From an uncultured Verrucomicrobia subdivision 3 bacterium (GTDB lineage Bacteria; Verrucomicrobiota; Verrucomicrobiia; Limisphaerales; UBA11358): a stretch of 64,000 bases of DNA. Positions 48,418-56,876 of the stretch are shown piece after piece; positions within the stretch are counted from its first letter, which is position 1; each line of letters begins with the position of its first letter. A program made the translations under genes and the position numbers. The DNA is taken from the NCBI GenBank assembly GCA_903872345.1, contig CAIQKM010000157.1:10755-74754 (forward strand), given 5' to 3'. The notes below the pieces were generated by a model. The model did not search any database, had not been told where the DNA came from, and saw nothing but the letters and a program-made list of their open reading frames with translations.

Positions 48418-48603
48418 GGCCGAAAAGGCATCGACGTTCGGCGTGACCAATTGCATGCCGAGGCTTTGCGGCGGGGCCTGGGGCCGGCCGCCGGGGTGTT
48501 GGTCATTGGGGGGCGGTGAGGATTTGGAAACTTGCTGGCGCAACGACCGCTGGCACCGCTTCTTCCCTCACCATCGCCGATCAGACCTGTCTAAAAACTG
48601 ACA

Positions 48604-48619
48604 TGCGCCCCTTCCCATA
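48604..48619. repeat. 16-nt direct repeat tgcgccccttcccata, left copy
   Basis: An exact copy occurs at 48951..48966. The two copies bracket 331 bp holding the REP-like hairpin and the 180 bp palindrome. Confidence 0.8.
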
Positions 48620-48691
48620 AGGTGCATCCTGACACTGCCCCCAATCCATAACCGTGATATGGCAGCCAACCGGTCGCGCAACGGCCTATCT

Positions 48692-48740
48692 CCCTCTCCG
48701 CCATTGATAAATGGGGGAGAGGGCCGGGGTGAGGTGGTGC
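48692..48740. repeat. REP-like GC hairpin (ccctctcc.../...ggagaggg followed by ccggggtgagg)
   Basis: ccctctccgcca (48692..48703) pairs with tgggggagaggg (48712..48723) with one mismatch and the loop ttgataaa. Sequences of the type ggagagggccggggtgagg are a recurrent intergenic repeat class in many bacterial genomes. Confidence 0.4.
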
Positions 48741-48749
48741 TGAACTATT

Positions 48750-48929
48750 TAGAGCATTTCAAGAAATAGTGTAGCCGTTCGGAGCGAGGATTTTTGCTGG
48801 CTGGCAAGGCTTTGGCGAAGGAGCATGTCCACTTGGACCTGTGACTGAGCCGAAACGAAGCCAGCCAGCAAAAAGACCGCTGCTATTTCTACCTGACCGA
48901 ATGGCTACAGTATTTCTTGATATGCTCTA
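48750..48929. mobile_element. 180 bp imperfect palindrome with ~32 bp terminal inverted repeats (MITE-like element or structured sRNA)
   Basis: The left end agagcatttcaagaaatagtgtagccgttcgg matches the reverse complement of the right end ccgaatggctacagtatttcttgatatgctct at 29 of 32 positions. An inner perfect 15 bp pair joins tttttgctggctggc and gccagccagcaaaaa. An asymmetric internal loop separates the two stems. The apical mini-hairpin is gtcca-ct-tggac. The element is visibly less GC-rich than its surroundings. Confidence 0.45.
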
Positions 48930-48950
48930 GCCTCCGGGGCGGTGTCAAGC

Positions 48951-48966
48951 TGCGCCCCTTCCCATA
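48951..48966. repeat. 16-nt direct repeat tgcgccccttcccata, right copy
   Basis: This is an exact copy of 48604..48619. Confidence 0.8.
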
Positions 48967-49032
48967 TTATGGCATAGTCTGCGCTCGACTTGGGCGGGAC
49001 GCCGCCTTTAACCTGTGCCGCAACGTTTGATC

Positions 49033-50013
49033 ATGGCCGATACACAACCAGCGCGCAGTTCCATCTGTCTCGTGCGAATTTGGATGGGGAAATACCCCGC
49101 CTACTTCGACTGCGTCCTCCGTTCGTGCGGCGGCAATCCGGACATTAACTGGCTGATTATCACGGACAGTCCCGCCCCCAAAAATGCGCCGCCGAATGTG
49201 CGGTTTTACCAGACCACCCTGCCGGAACTGGCCGCCCGGTTTTCCCAAAAGCTGGGCCGCGATTTCAGCGGGTTGCAGATGAACGGCAGTTCCATCCAGC
49301 TTAAAATCACCTTCGGGCTGGTGTTTGACGACCTCCTCGCGGGCTTCGATTTTTGGGGGCATTGCGACATTGATGTCATCTTTGGAAACCTGCGGAAATT
49401 TCTGACCGAGGACATTCTGACGAACCACGACAAAATCCTTTGTCGTGGCCATCTGACGCTGTATCGCAACACGGAAAAGGTGAACCTGGCGTTCCTGCTG
49501 TCCTGTCCGGGCGTGCCCGATCTGTGGGAGGTGTTGCGGACCAATCGGCAAGTGCAGTTTGACGAGTGGGGCGGCATTTACCTGATTTTCCGGTACAACG
49601 ATTTCCGGCAGTATCACGCGGAATTTATCGCGGACATCCGGCCCCCGACCAAGTGGAAGATCACCCGGTTCGACACGGTGGCCCCAACGAATTATCTCGA
49701 GCAGGTGTTTTACTGGTACAAGGGCGGCATCTATCGCGCGCATTACAACAGCGACCGCGCGGTGGTGGATGAAGAATACGCCTACCTCCATTTTCAGCAG
49801 CGTTCCATGCCCGGACCGGCCTTCAATCCCTTTGAGCAGGACGGGTTCTTTATCAACTCCGAAGGTTTCTTTCCCTACCGGCGTGAACCCATCACGGCGG
49901 CGGATTTTGCCCGCTACAATCCCGAGCGGTGGCGTCCCTATCCCGAACTCGTGAAACACGTGAAACAAGCCCTGCGCCGTCGGCTGGGGCTGGCCCCGGC
50001 GGTTTCCCGCTGA
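49033..50013 (+). CDS. Hypothetical protein, pattern reminiscent of the capsule/EPS-locus family annotated DUF6625 (putative glycosyltransferase-like)
   Basis: The ATG at 49033 lies inside ORF 49015..50013. The N-terminus ICLVRIWMGKYPAYFDCVLRSCGGNPDINWLIITD follows the pattern (I/V)..G K.P.YF...L.SC..N....WLI.TD that I recall for that family. It has no signal peptide. Confidence 0.65.
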   Translation: MADTQPARSSICLVRIWMGKYPAYFDCVLRSCGGNPDINWLIITDSPAPKNAPPNVRFYQTTLPELAARFSQKLGRDFSGLQMNGSSIQLKITFGLVFDDLLAGFDFWGHCDIDVIFGNLRKFLTEDILTNHDKILCRGHLTLYRNTEKVNLAFLLSCPGVPDLWEVLRTNRQVQFDEWGGIYLIFRYNDFRQYHAEFIADIRPPTKWKITRFDTVAPTNYLEQVFYWYKGGIYRAHYNSDRAVVDEEYAYLHFQQRSMPGPAFNPFEQDGFFINSEGFFPYRREPITAADFARYNPERWRPYPELVKHVKQALRRRLGLAPAVSR

Positions 50014-50321
50014 CATGACGTTCCCGGTCAGACACCCCTGATTTCTTCCTGCCGATCCGGCAATTATCCCACGGTTTTCCCCTCCCCGTTTCCGGGCATT
50101 TATTGCAATTCCTGCACTCGGAAATCCTGCAACCATGGCGGGTTTCCTGATCAGCCTGCCCATCACTCATCTGGGTAACACCCGTGTGGGTAATAGATTG
50201 CCGCAAAACTTATGATAGGCTTTTTGACCAAGGAGTCAGTCGCCCAATCACGGAGACTGACCTGCCCATGACTCAATCACCCGGAATCAAAACCATTATT
50301 GCTGGAGACTCAACTGTCATT

Positions 50322-53300
50322 ATGAAGCTGCTGCCCAAAAACAAACATCTATTCACCTTTGCCGCCTTGGTGCTGCCTTTGGCCATGCAAGGCGCCAATA
50401 TTTCCCTGACCGCCAATGATGCCGTCGGCACCACCTCCTTCAATGCCGCCGGCCATTGGAGCAACGCCCTGGCTCCCGTTGCCACCAACAACTATTTTAC
50501 GGCGGCGTACGGCATGCGGACCCCCCCGACTACCAGCAGTTATACGTTTGGTGGAGCCTCCCTGACCTTGGGTCCTTTGGTGGCGGCCACTTCCGCCTAT
50601 GGACTTATCGTCAAAAGTTCGGTTGCGGCGGGGGGCAGTTGGACCATGACCATCAATAACTTTACCAACGCTGGCACCCTCTTGCGTAGCGGCGGGTCCA
50701 CCGGGTCCACCACCATTCTGGGCGGGAATGTGTTTGCGGTCACGGGGAATTCGACCATCGCCGCCGATCAAACCTATTGGACCATTAATTCGCCGCTGGC
50801 AGGCGCCGGCATCATTACCAACACCTTTGCCAACAATCAGACCATCACTTATGCCGGCACCAACACGGCGTTTTTAGGCGGCTTTAACGTGGCTGCCGGC
50901 ACCGTCATTTTGACCTCGGCAAGCGGTGGGTTTGCCAATCCCGCCGCGCTTTTTACGAACCAGATTACCCTGCAAAATGGGGCCGTATTCCAGGATAACG
51001 GCGGGGTCTCATTTGGTTCCAATAGCGGCTTCCTGCTGGCGGGCAACGCCACGATTTATACCCCAAACGCGACCACCACGGTGCTGGCCGGGCCGGTTTC
51101 CGACAGTGGCAGCGGCTATAAACTCACCAAATCCGGGGTTGGGGGTTTGAGCCTGTCGGCTAGCAACACCATTGCCGGCGGTATCACGCTAAACGCCGGT
51201 CTCCTGGGGTTTTCCACTTATGGCCTGGGCGGCGGACCGCTCACCTATTCCGCTGGCAGCCTGCAATGGCTGCCGGGCAGCACGGCGGACATTTCCCTGC
51301 TGTCACCCACCATTACCGCGAACGCGACTTTGGATGTCGGCACCAATTACGTTGGTTTTGCGAACGGCCTGACTGTTCCCGGCAGTTTGACCAAGCTGGG
51401 TATCGGCACGCTGGCTTTGAGCAATAACTGTTCGATTGGCGGCGCGACCACCGTTAGCAACGGTGTGCTGGCGCTCGTCGGTTCCGGTTCCATCGGTTCC
51501 AGCACCAATATTAATCTGACGGCGGCGGCCACGCTGGATGTCACCGGTTTAAGCGGCGGTTATACGTTGGGTTCCGCCCAGACGCTGGGCGGCAGCGGCA
51601 CGGTGAATGGTGCCCTGACGGATTATTATAACTCGGTGATCGCCCCGGGCGGCAACCGGGTGGCGGGCACGTTGACCGTGAATGGCAACCTGACGTTGGG
51701 CGGCTACGGCGGCAGCGATGCGTTGAACCTCGATATCACCAACACCCCGGGAATCGGTGGCGGCAGCAACGACCTGGTGGTGGTCAATGGCAACCTGAAC
51801 CTGAACGGCGGTACGGTGGTGAACCTTAACTTCCTGTCCGGCGCTCCCGGCGCGGGCGTCTATACCATCCTGAAGTACACGGGCACGCTGACCGGTGATC
51901 CAGCCGCCATGCTCACCCCCCCCCAGTCTCGGCACCAGCTATAACGTCACCTTTGCCGTCTCCAATTCCAGCGTGGTGCTCGTCATAGCCGGCGCCCCGC
52001 AGGCCCAGCTTTGGACGGGCATTAACAGTTCGGAATGGGACTTTGCCACGGCGAACTGGACCAATAAAAACACCCTGCTGGCGGATGATTTTTCGCAGGG
52101 CGACAGCGTCACCTTTGATGATTCCGGCAACAGCGCCTCGCCCGTTGATTTGACCGCCGCGTTGCTGGCCACGGCCATAACGGTCAGCAACAATACGGCG
52201 GCTTACACCTTTTCCTCCGCTTCCGGCCAGGGTTCTTTGACTGGCCCGGCGTTGCTGACCAAGAGCGGTACGGGCACCCTGATCCTTGACACCGCCAACA
52301 CCTACACCGGCGGTACGCTGATTAAGTCCGGCACCGTGCAGGTGGGCAATTATGACGCCGCCGGTGCTTCCCTGGGCAGCGGCGCGGTGACCAACAACGC
52401 CAGCCTCGTGTTTGCGCATAGTGATACCGTGGTGATGCCGTCTGTCTCCGGCGCCGGCACCGTGAGCTGCATCTCCGGGACCACGGCGGCGCCGAACGCC
52501 AGCACCTACACGGGCAACACCTACGTCACCAGTGCGTATGCCCTGTTGCAAAACAGTGCGGCGTTTGGTGCCACCAATGGCAGTCTGATCATTAATGGCG
52601 GCCAGCTGTATGTCGTGGCGAACGTGGACATCGGGGCCAATCCGCTCGTGCTCTCCGGCAGCGGTCCGGATGGCAATGGTGCCATTCGCAAAGGCTATGC
52701 CGGACCGTCCACGTTTTTTGGCACGGTCACCCTGGTGGGTGACACCGCGTTGAGCATCGATGGCGGCGCCACTCTCACGCTGACGAACGCCGCGGGTGTG
52801 ATCGGCACCAACGTCAATCTGACTCTTGGCGGCGGCGGCACGGGCAACCTGCCTGCGCCCATCCAGCTGGGCGCCGGCGGTATCACCGTCAATGGCAGCA
52901 CCTGGAACGTGGGGGCCAGCAACAACTACTCCGGAACCACCATGTTGAACGGCGGGGCTTATCGCATCACGGCCCCGGGTTCCTTGGGCTTGGCTCCGGC
53001 TTCCTTCAACTCCGCTCAAATCATCTTCAACGGCGGTGCCCTGGAAACCGCCACCAATGTGATCCTCAATGATGGCCTGCGCGGTTTGCAAGACAATGTC
53101 ACCGGCACCATCACGACGGATACCAATACCACCCTCACCATTTATAACGACATTACCGGTACCGGCAACCTGACCAAGACGGGCCCCGGCAAACTTGTCC
53201 TGGCGGGCACGAATGATTTTACCGGCAATCTCTACGTGGATAGCGGCCAGTTCTATGTCAACACGCTGGACGGCCTGACTGTGATCGCCAACACGGCGGC

Positions 53301-54408
53301 GCTGGCCAACGTGCCCGTCATACCCGGTTCGCCGTATATCTGGCAGCGCGACAATACCGCCGGCAGTTCCACCCTCGGTTTGGATGGCACCACCGGCAGT
53401 GTCACCATCGCTCCCGACCTGTACATTCGTGGTCGCTCTCCCGTGGTGGCGAACATTGAAAACCTCGCGGGCAGCAACACCATCTCCGGCAACATCACCG
53501 TGGATACCGGTGGTGCCCTGTATATTCAATCCGATGCGGGCATCTTGAATCTGACCGCTCCGTTTCCGTATGCTGCTTCCACCCCCGCAACGACCCGCAG
53601 CCTCACCTTCATGGGCGCCGGTACCACCTTGGTTTCCGCTGGCATCCAGAACATCAACTCCGGCGGCACGGCGGTCAATGTCACGCAATCCGGTCCGGGT
53701 ACGCTGGTCCTGGCCGGTGCCAGCACCGGCGCCGGCACGACGACGGTGGGTGGCGGCGTCCTCTCAGTGGCGGGCACGCTCGGTTCAGGCAACGTGACCG
53801 TTTCCGGCGGCTTGCTCACCGGCAGCGGTATCATCCCGGCCCCGGTCTCCGTGGCCGCCGGCGGCAGCATCGAAGCCGGCAGCACCAATGTGATCGGCAC
53901 TCTGACCGTGACGAACCTGTCGCTGGCGGGTAACACCATCGTGAAAATCAGCAAGACCGGTGGCACCGGCGATCTGTTCACCGGTCTGACCAATGTGGTT
54001 TACGGTGGCTCGCTCACCGTCACCAACCTGGCGGGTACTCTGGCGTTGGGCGATCATTTCACCCTGTTCAGCACGCTCGCCTCCTCCGGCGGGTTTACGA
54101 ACATCGTGGGTGCGCCCGGCGCCGGCCTGGCATACGGCTTCACCAACGGCGTGTTGAGCGTCGTTGCGGGCGTGGCCGGCAACCCCACCAATATCACTTA
54201 CAGCGTCAGCGGCGGTTCACTGAACCTGGCCTGGCCGGCCGATCACCTCGGCTGGATTTTGCAGGCGCAAACCAACGCGCTGACGGTGGGTGTCGTCGGT
54301 TCGAGCAATGCCTGGTACGACGTCACCGGCAGCGCGGCGGTGACCGCCACGAGCATTGTGATTGATCCCGCCAAGCCGACGGTATTCTACCGTTTGCGTC
54401 ATCCCTGA
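50322..54408 (+). pseudogene. Giant PATR beta-strand repeat protein gene interrupted by a +1 frameshift in a C9 tract (pseudogene, phase-variable gene or sequencing error)
   Basis: ORF 50184..51944 and ORF 51895..54408 are in adjacent frames and overlap across ccccccccc (51916..51924). Removing one C gives ...YTGTLTGDPAAMLTPPSLGTSYNVTFAV..., collinear with ...YTGNLTGSFATAATGTHFTTAV... of the paralog at 23551..27972. ATG 50322 gives MKLLPKNKHLFTFAALVLPLAMQGA. PATR units lie on both sides of the break, and the tail is PTVFYRLRHP. Confidence 0.8.
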
Positions 54409-54449
54409 GCAGCGGGCAATTGCCGGACGGCAACGTTCCAAAGTAAACC

Positions 54450-54480
54450 GGGAGCTGCCCACGGGCGGCTCCCTTTTTTT
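54450..54480 (+). terminator. Rho-independent terminator after the giant PATR gene
   Basis: gggagctgccc / gggcggctccc form a GC stem (one G-U pair, small apical loop), followed by ttttttt (54474..54480). Confidence 0.75.
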
Positions 54481-54500
54481 ATCAAAAAAATCGAACCAAT

Positions 54501-55304
54501 ATGAATCCGGAAAACACCAGAAAAACTGTCCTCGCTAAGGGATTCACCCTGATCGAACTCCTCGTCGTCATCGCGATCATCGCCATTCTCGCCGCCATGC
54601 TGCTGCCCGCCCTGGCCTCGGCCAAGGAAAAAGCCAAGCGCATCCAGGACGTCAATAACATGCGGCAGGTGGCCTTGGGCACCTCGGTTTACGCCGGGGA
54701 TAATCAGGATGTGGTCATGCAGGCGCGCGCCGTGGGCACGGCCTTTTGTCAGATCGCCCTGAATCCGCCGGACGCGACTGCGGCGGCGGCGGTGGGGCTG
54801 ACGGTTCAGACCAATACCCCGACCATCTGGTCTTGTCCCAACCGTCCCGGGTTGCCGATTTATCAGCCCAATCCGGTTGGCCAGCCGCCGCAATGGGTGC
54901 TGGGCTACCAATACTTCGGCGGCATTGCCACGTGGTATAACCCGCAATATTCCGGTGGTGTGCCGTCGCACAGTCCCGTCAAACTGGGGCAGGCCAAACC
55001 CTTCTGGACGCTCGCGGCCGACGCAGTCATCAAGGTCAATGGCGTGTGGGGCGGCACTGACCCCGGCAATCCGGATGCCTATATGCATCTGCCGCCGCAT
55101 CGGAACGGCAACGTTCCGGCTGGCGGCAGTGAGGCACGGTGTGATGGCTCGGCCCTGTGGAGCAAGTTCAACGAAATGTATTTCTTTACCAGCTGGGATG
55201 CCTCCGGTACCACCCGCGCCTGTTTCTACAGCCAGGATACGAGTGATCTGGATGCGGCGTTTGTGGCCAGCCTGACGTCCCTGAAAGCGACGCTCTGGCA
55301 GTAA
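54501..55304 (+). CDS. Prepilin-type N-terminal cleavage/methylation domain protein, divergent H-X9-DG-family member
   Basis: The N-terminus is [27 protein letters not shown]. The C-terminal region [25 protein letters not shown] has His and DG, but with 14 rather than 9 intervening residues. Confidence 0.88.
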   Translation: MNPENTRKTVLAKGFTLIELLVVIAIIAILAAMLLPALASAKEKAKRIQDVNNMRQVALGTSVYAGDNQDVVMQARAVGTAFCQIALNPPDATAAAAVGLTVQTNTPTIWSCPNRPGLPIYQPNPVGQPPQWVLGYQYFGGIATWYNPQYSGGVPSHSPVKLGQAKPFWTLAADAVIKVNGVWGGTDPGNPDAYMHLPPHRNGNVPAGGSEARCDGSALWSKFNEMYFFTSWDASGTTRACFYSQDTSDLDAAFVASLTSLKATLWQ

Positions 55305-55307
55305 ACG

Positions 55308-56870
55308 TCAATGCCCGGCCGCCGGCGGCGGCTTGGCGGCGGGGTTGACCCGCTTGAAGAGGAAGATCAACGGCGCGGCCAGAATGGACATCACCCCGAA
55401 AATGAAAAAATTATCCATGAACGCCCACAGGTGCGCCTGTTGGTCCAGCAGGGAATAAACGGCGGCGTAAGCCTGATGCGTGGCGGTCACCGGATCAGTA
55501 TGCAGCGACAGCGCCTTTCTCGCGGCCTGAAAACGTTGCAGGTAGGCCGGGTTGGTCGGGGTGAGATGCTCCACCATCAGCGCCTGATGCGCCTGCGCGC
55601 CGCGCGCCAGCATGGTGGTGACAAAGGCGATGCCAATGCTCCCGCCCAGATTGCGCATGAGATTGTAGAGCCCGCTCGCGTTGCCCAGTTCCTGCTGGCT
55701 GAGCTGGCTCATGGTGGTGGTGGTCAGCGGCACGAAAATGAAACTGATGGCAATGCCGTTCACAATGCTCGGCCAGATGATGTTGATGCGCGCGACGTCC
55801 AGGTTGATCCGGCTCAACATGAAGGAGGACACGGTCAGCATCACGAACCCGAAGCAGAGCATCCAGCGCGTCCGGATTTTGCCGAGTATTCTTCCCACGA
55901 AGAAAGTGGTCACGAACGCCGCGATGCCGCGCGGGCTCATCGCGTAGCCGCTTTGCAGGGCAGGGTAGCCCATGAGCGTTTGCATCATCAGCGGCAATTG
56001 CGCGGTGGTGCCATACAGGATGGCACCCAAGGTGGTCATCAGGGTAAGCCCAAGGGTGAAGTTGCGGTATTTGAACACGCGCAGATTGACCAGCGGATGG
56101 TCGGTCTTGAATTCCCACCAGACAAAACCAATCAGGGCGGTAATGGAACTGACCGTGAACCACCGCACCCATTCGGCGTTGAACCAATCGGCTTCCTGCC
56201 CCTTGTCCAGCACCACCTGCAAGGTGGCCAGCCAGACCGCCAGCAGGCCGAACCCGAGGAAATCAATCGTGGCGGACTTGTTGCGCTTGATGTACGGCGG
56301 ATCCTCCACCAGCCATTCGGCCATGAACATCGCAAAGAGGCCGACCGGCAGGTTGATGTAAAAAATCCAGCGCCAGGAATAATTGTCCGTGATCCACCCG
56401 CCCACGGTCGGTCCCAGAATCGGGGCCACCACCACGCCTTGGGCAAAGATCGCCATGGCGGCACCGCGCTTTTGCCGGGGAAAACTTTCCAGCATGATGG
56501 ATTGCGCGATCGGCACCATCGCCCCGCCGCCGATGCCTTGCAGAATGCGCGCCACGATCAGGCTGGGCAGATCCCACGCCAGGCCACACAGGGCCGAGGC
56601 CAGCGTGAACATGAAAATACAGGCGATGAACAGGCGCTTGCGGCCAAAATAATTCGCCAGCCAGCCGGTCATGGGCAGCACAATGGCGTTGGAAACGAGG
56701 TAGCTCGTCAGCACCCACGTGGTTTCCTCCGGCGTGGCCGACAGGCTGCCGGCAATGTGCGGCAGTGCGATGTTCGCAATGGAGGTGTCCAGCACCTCCA
56801 TGAAGGTGGCCAGCATCACGCCCACGGCGATTAGCCAGGGGCTGTGGCGGGGTTGCCATTCCGCTTGCAT
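55308..56870 (-). CDS. MFS drug:H+ antiporter, DHA2 (EmrB/QacA-like, 14-TMS class)
   Basis: The protein is 520 aa. The N-terminal FMEVLDTSIANIALPHIAGSL block is typical of EmrB-type pumps. Hydrophobic segments run throughout. Confidence 0.9.
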   Translation of the reverse strand: MQAEWQPRHSPWLIAVGVMLATFMEVLDTSIANIALPHIAGSLSATPEETTWVLTSYLVSNAIVLPMTGWLANYFGRKRLFIACIFMFTLASALCGLAWDLPSLIVARILQGIGGGAMVPIAQSIMLESFPRQKRGAAMAIFAQGVVVAPILGPTVGGWITDNYSWRWIFYINLPVGLFAMFMAEWLVEDPPYIKRNKSATIDFLGFGLLAVWLATLQVVLDKGQEADWFNAEWVRWFTVSSITALIGFVWWEFKTDHPLVNLRVFKYRNFTLGLTLMTTLGAILYGTTAQLPLMMQTLMGYPALQSGYAMSPRGIAAFVTTFFVGRILGKIRTRWMLCFGFVMLTVSSFMLSRINLDVARINIIWPSIVNGIAISFIFVPLTTTTMSQLSQQELGNASGLYNLMRNLGGSIGIAFVTTMLARGAQAHQALMVEHLTPTNPAYLQRFQAARKALSLHTDPVTATHQAYAAVYSLLDQQAHLWAFMDNFFIFGVMSILAAPLIFLFKRVNPAAKPPPAAGH

Positions 56871-56876
56871 GCAACC

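Noticed and set aside
48326-48601. 91-aa ORF running from the GH92 3' end into the intergenic region. Also small ORFs at 48289..48543.
   Set aside because: They overlap the GH92 coding end, have an antisense or out-of-frame composition, and have no start context.
48620-48750. A possible tRNA or riboswitch in the 48.4-49.0 kb gap.
   Set aside because: I could not fold a cloverleaf with acceptor and anticodon arms. I also could not recognise any riboswitch core sequence. Only the hairpin and palindrome described above are evident.
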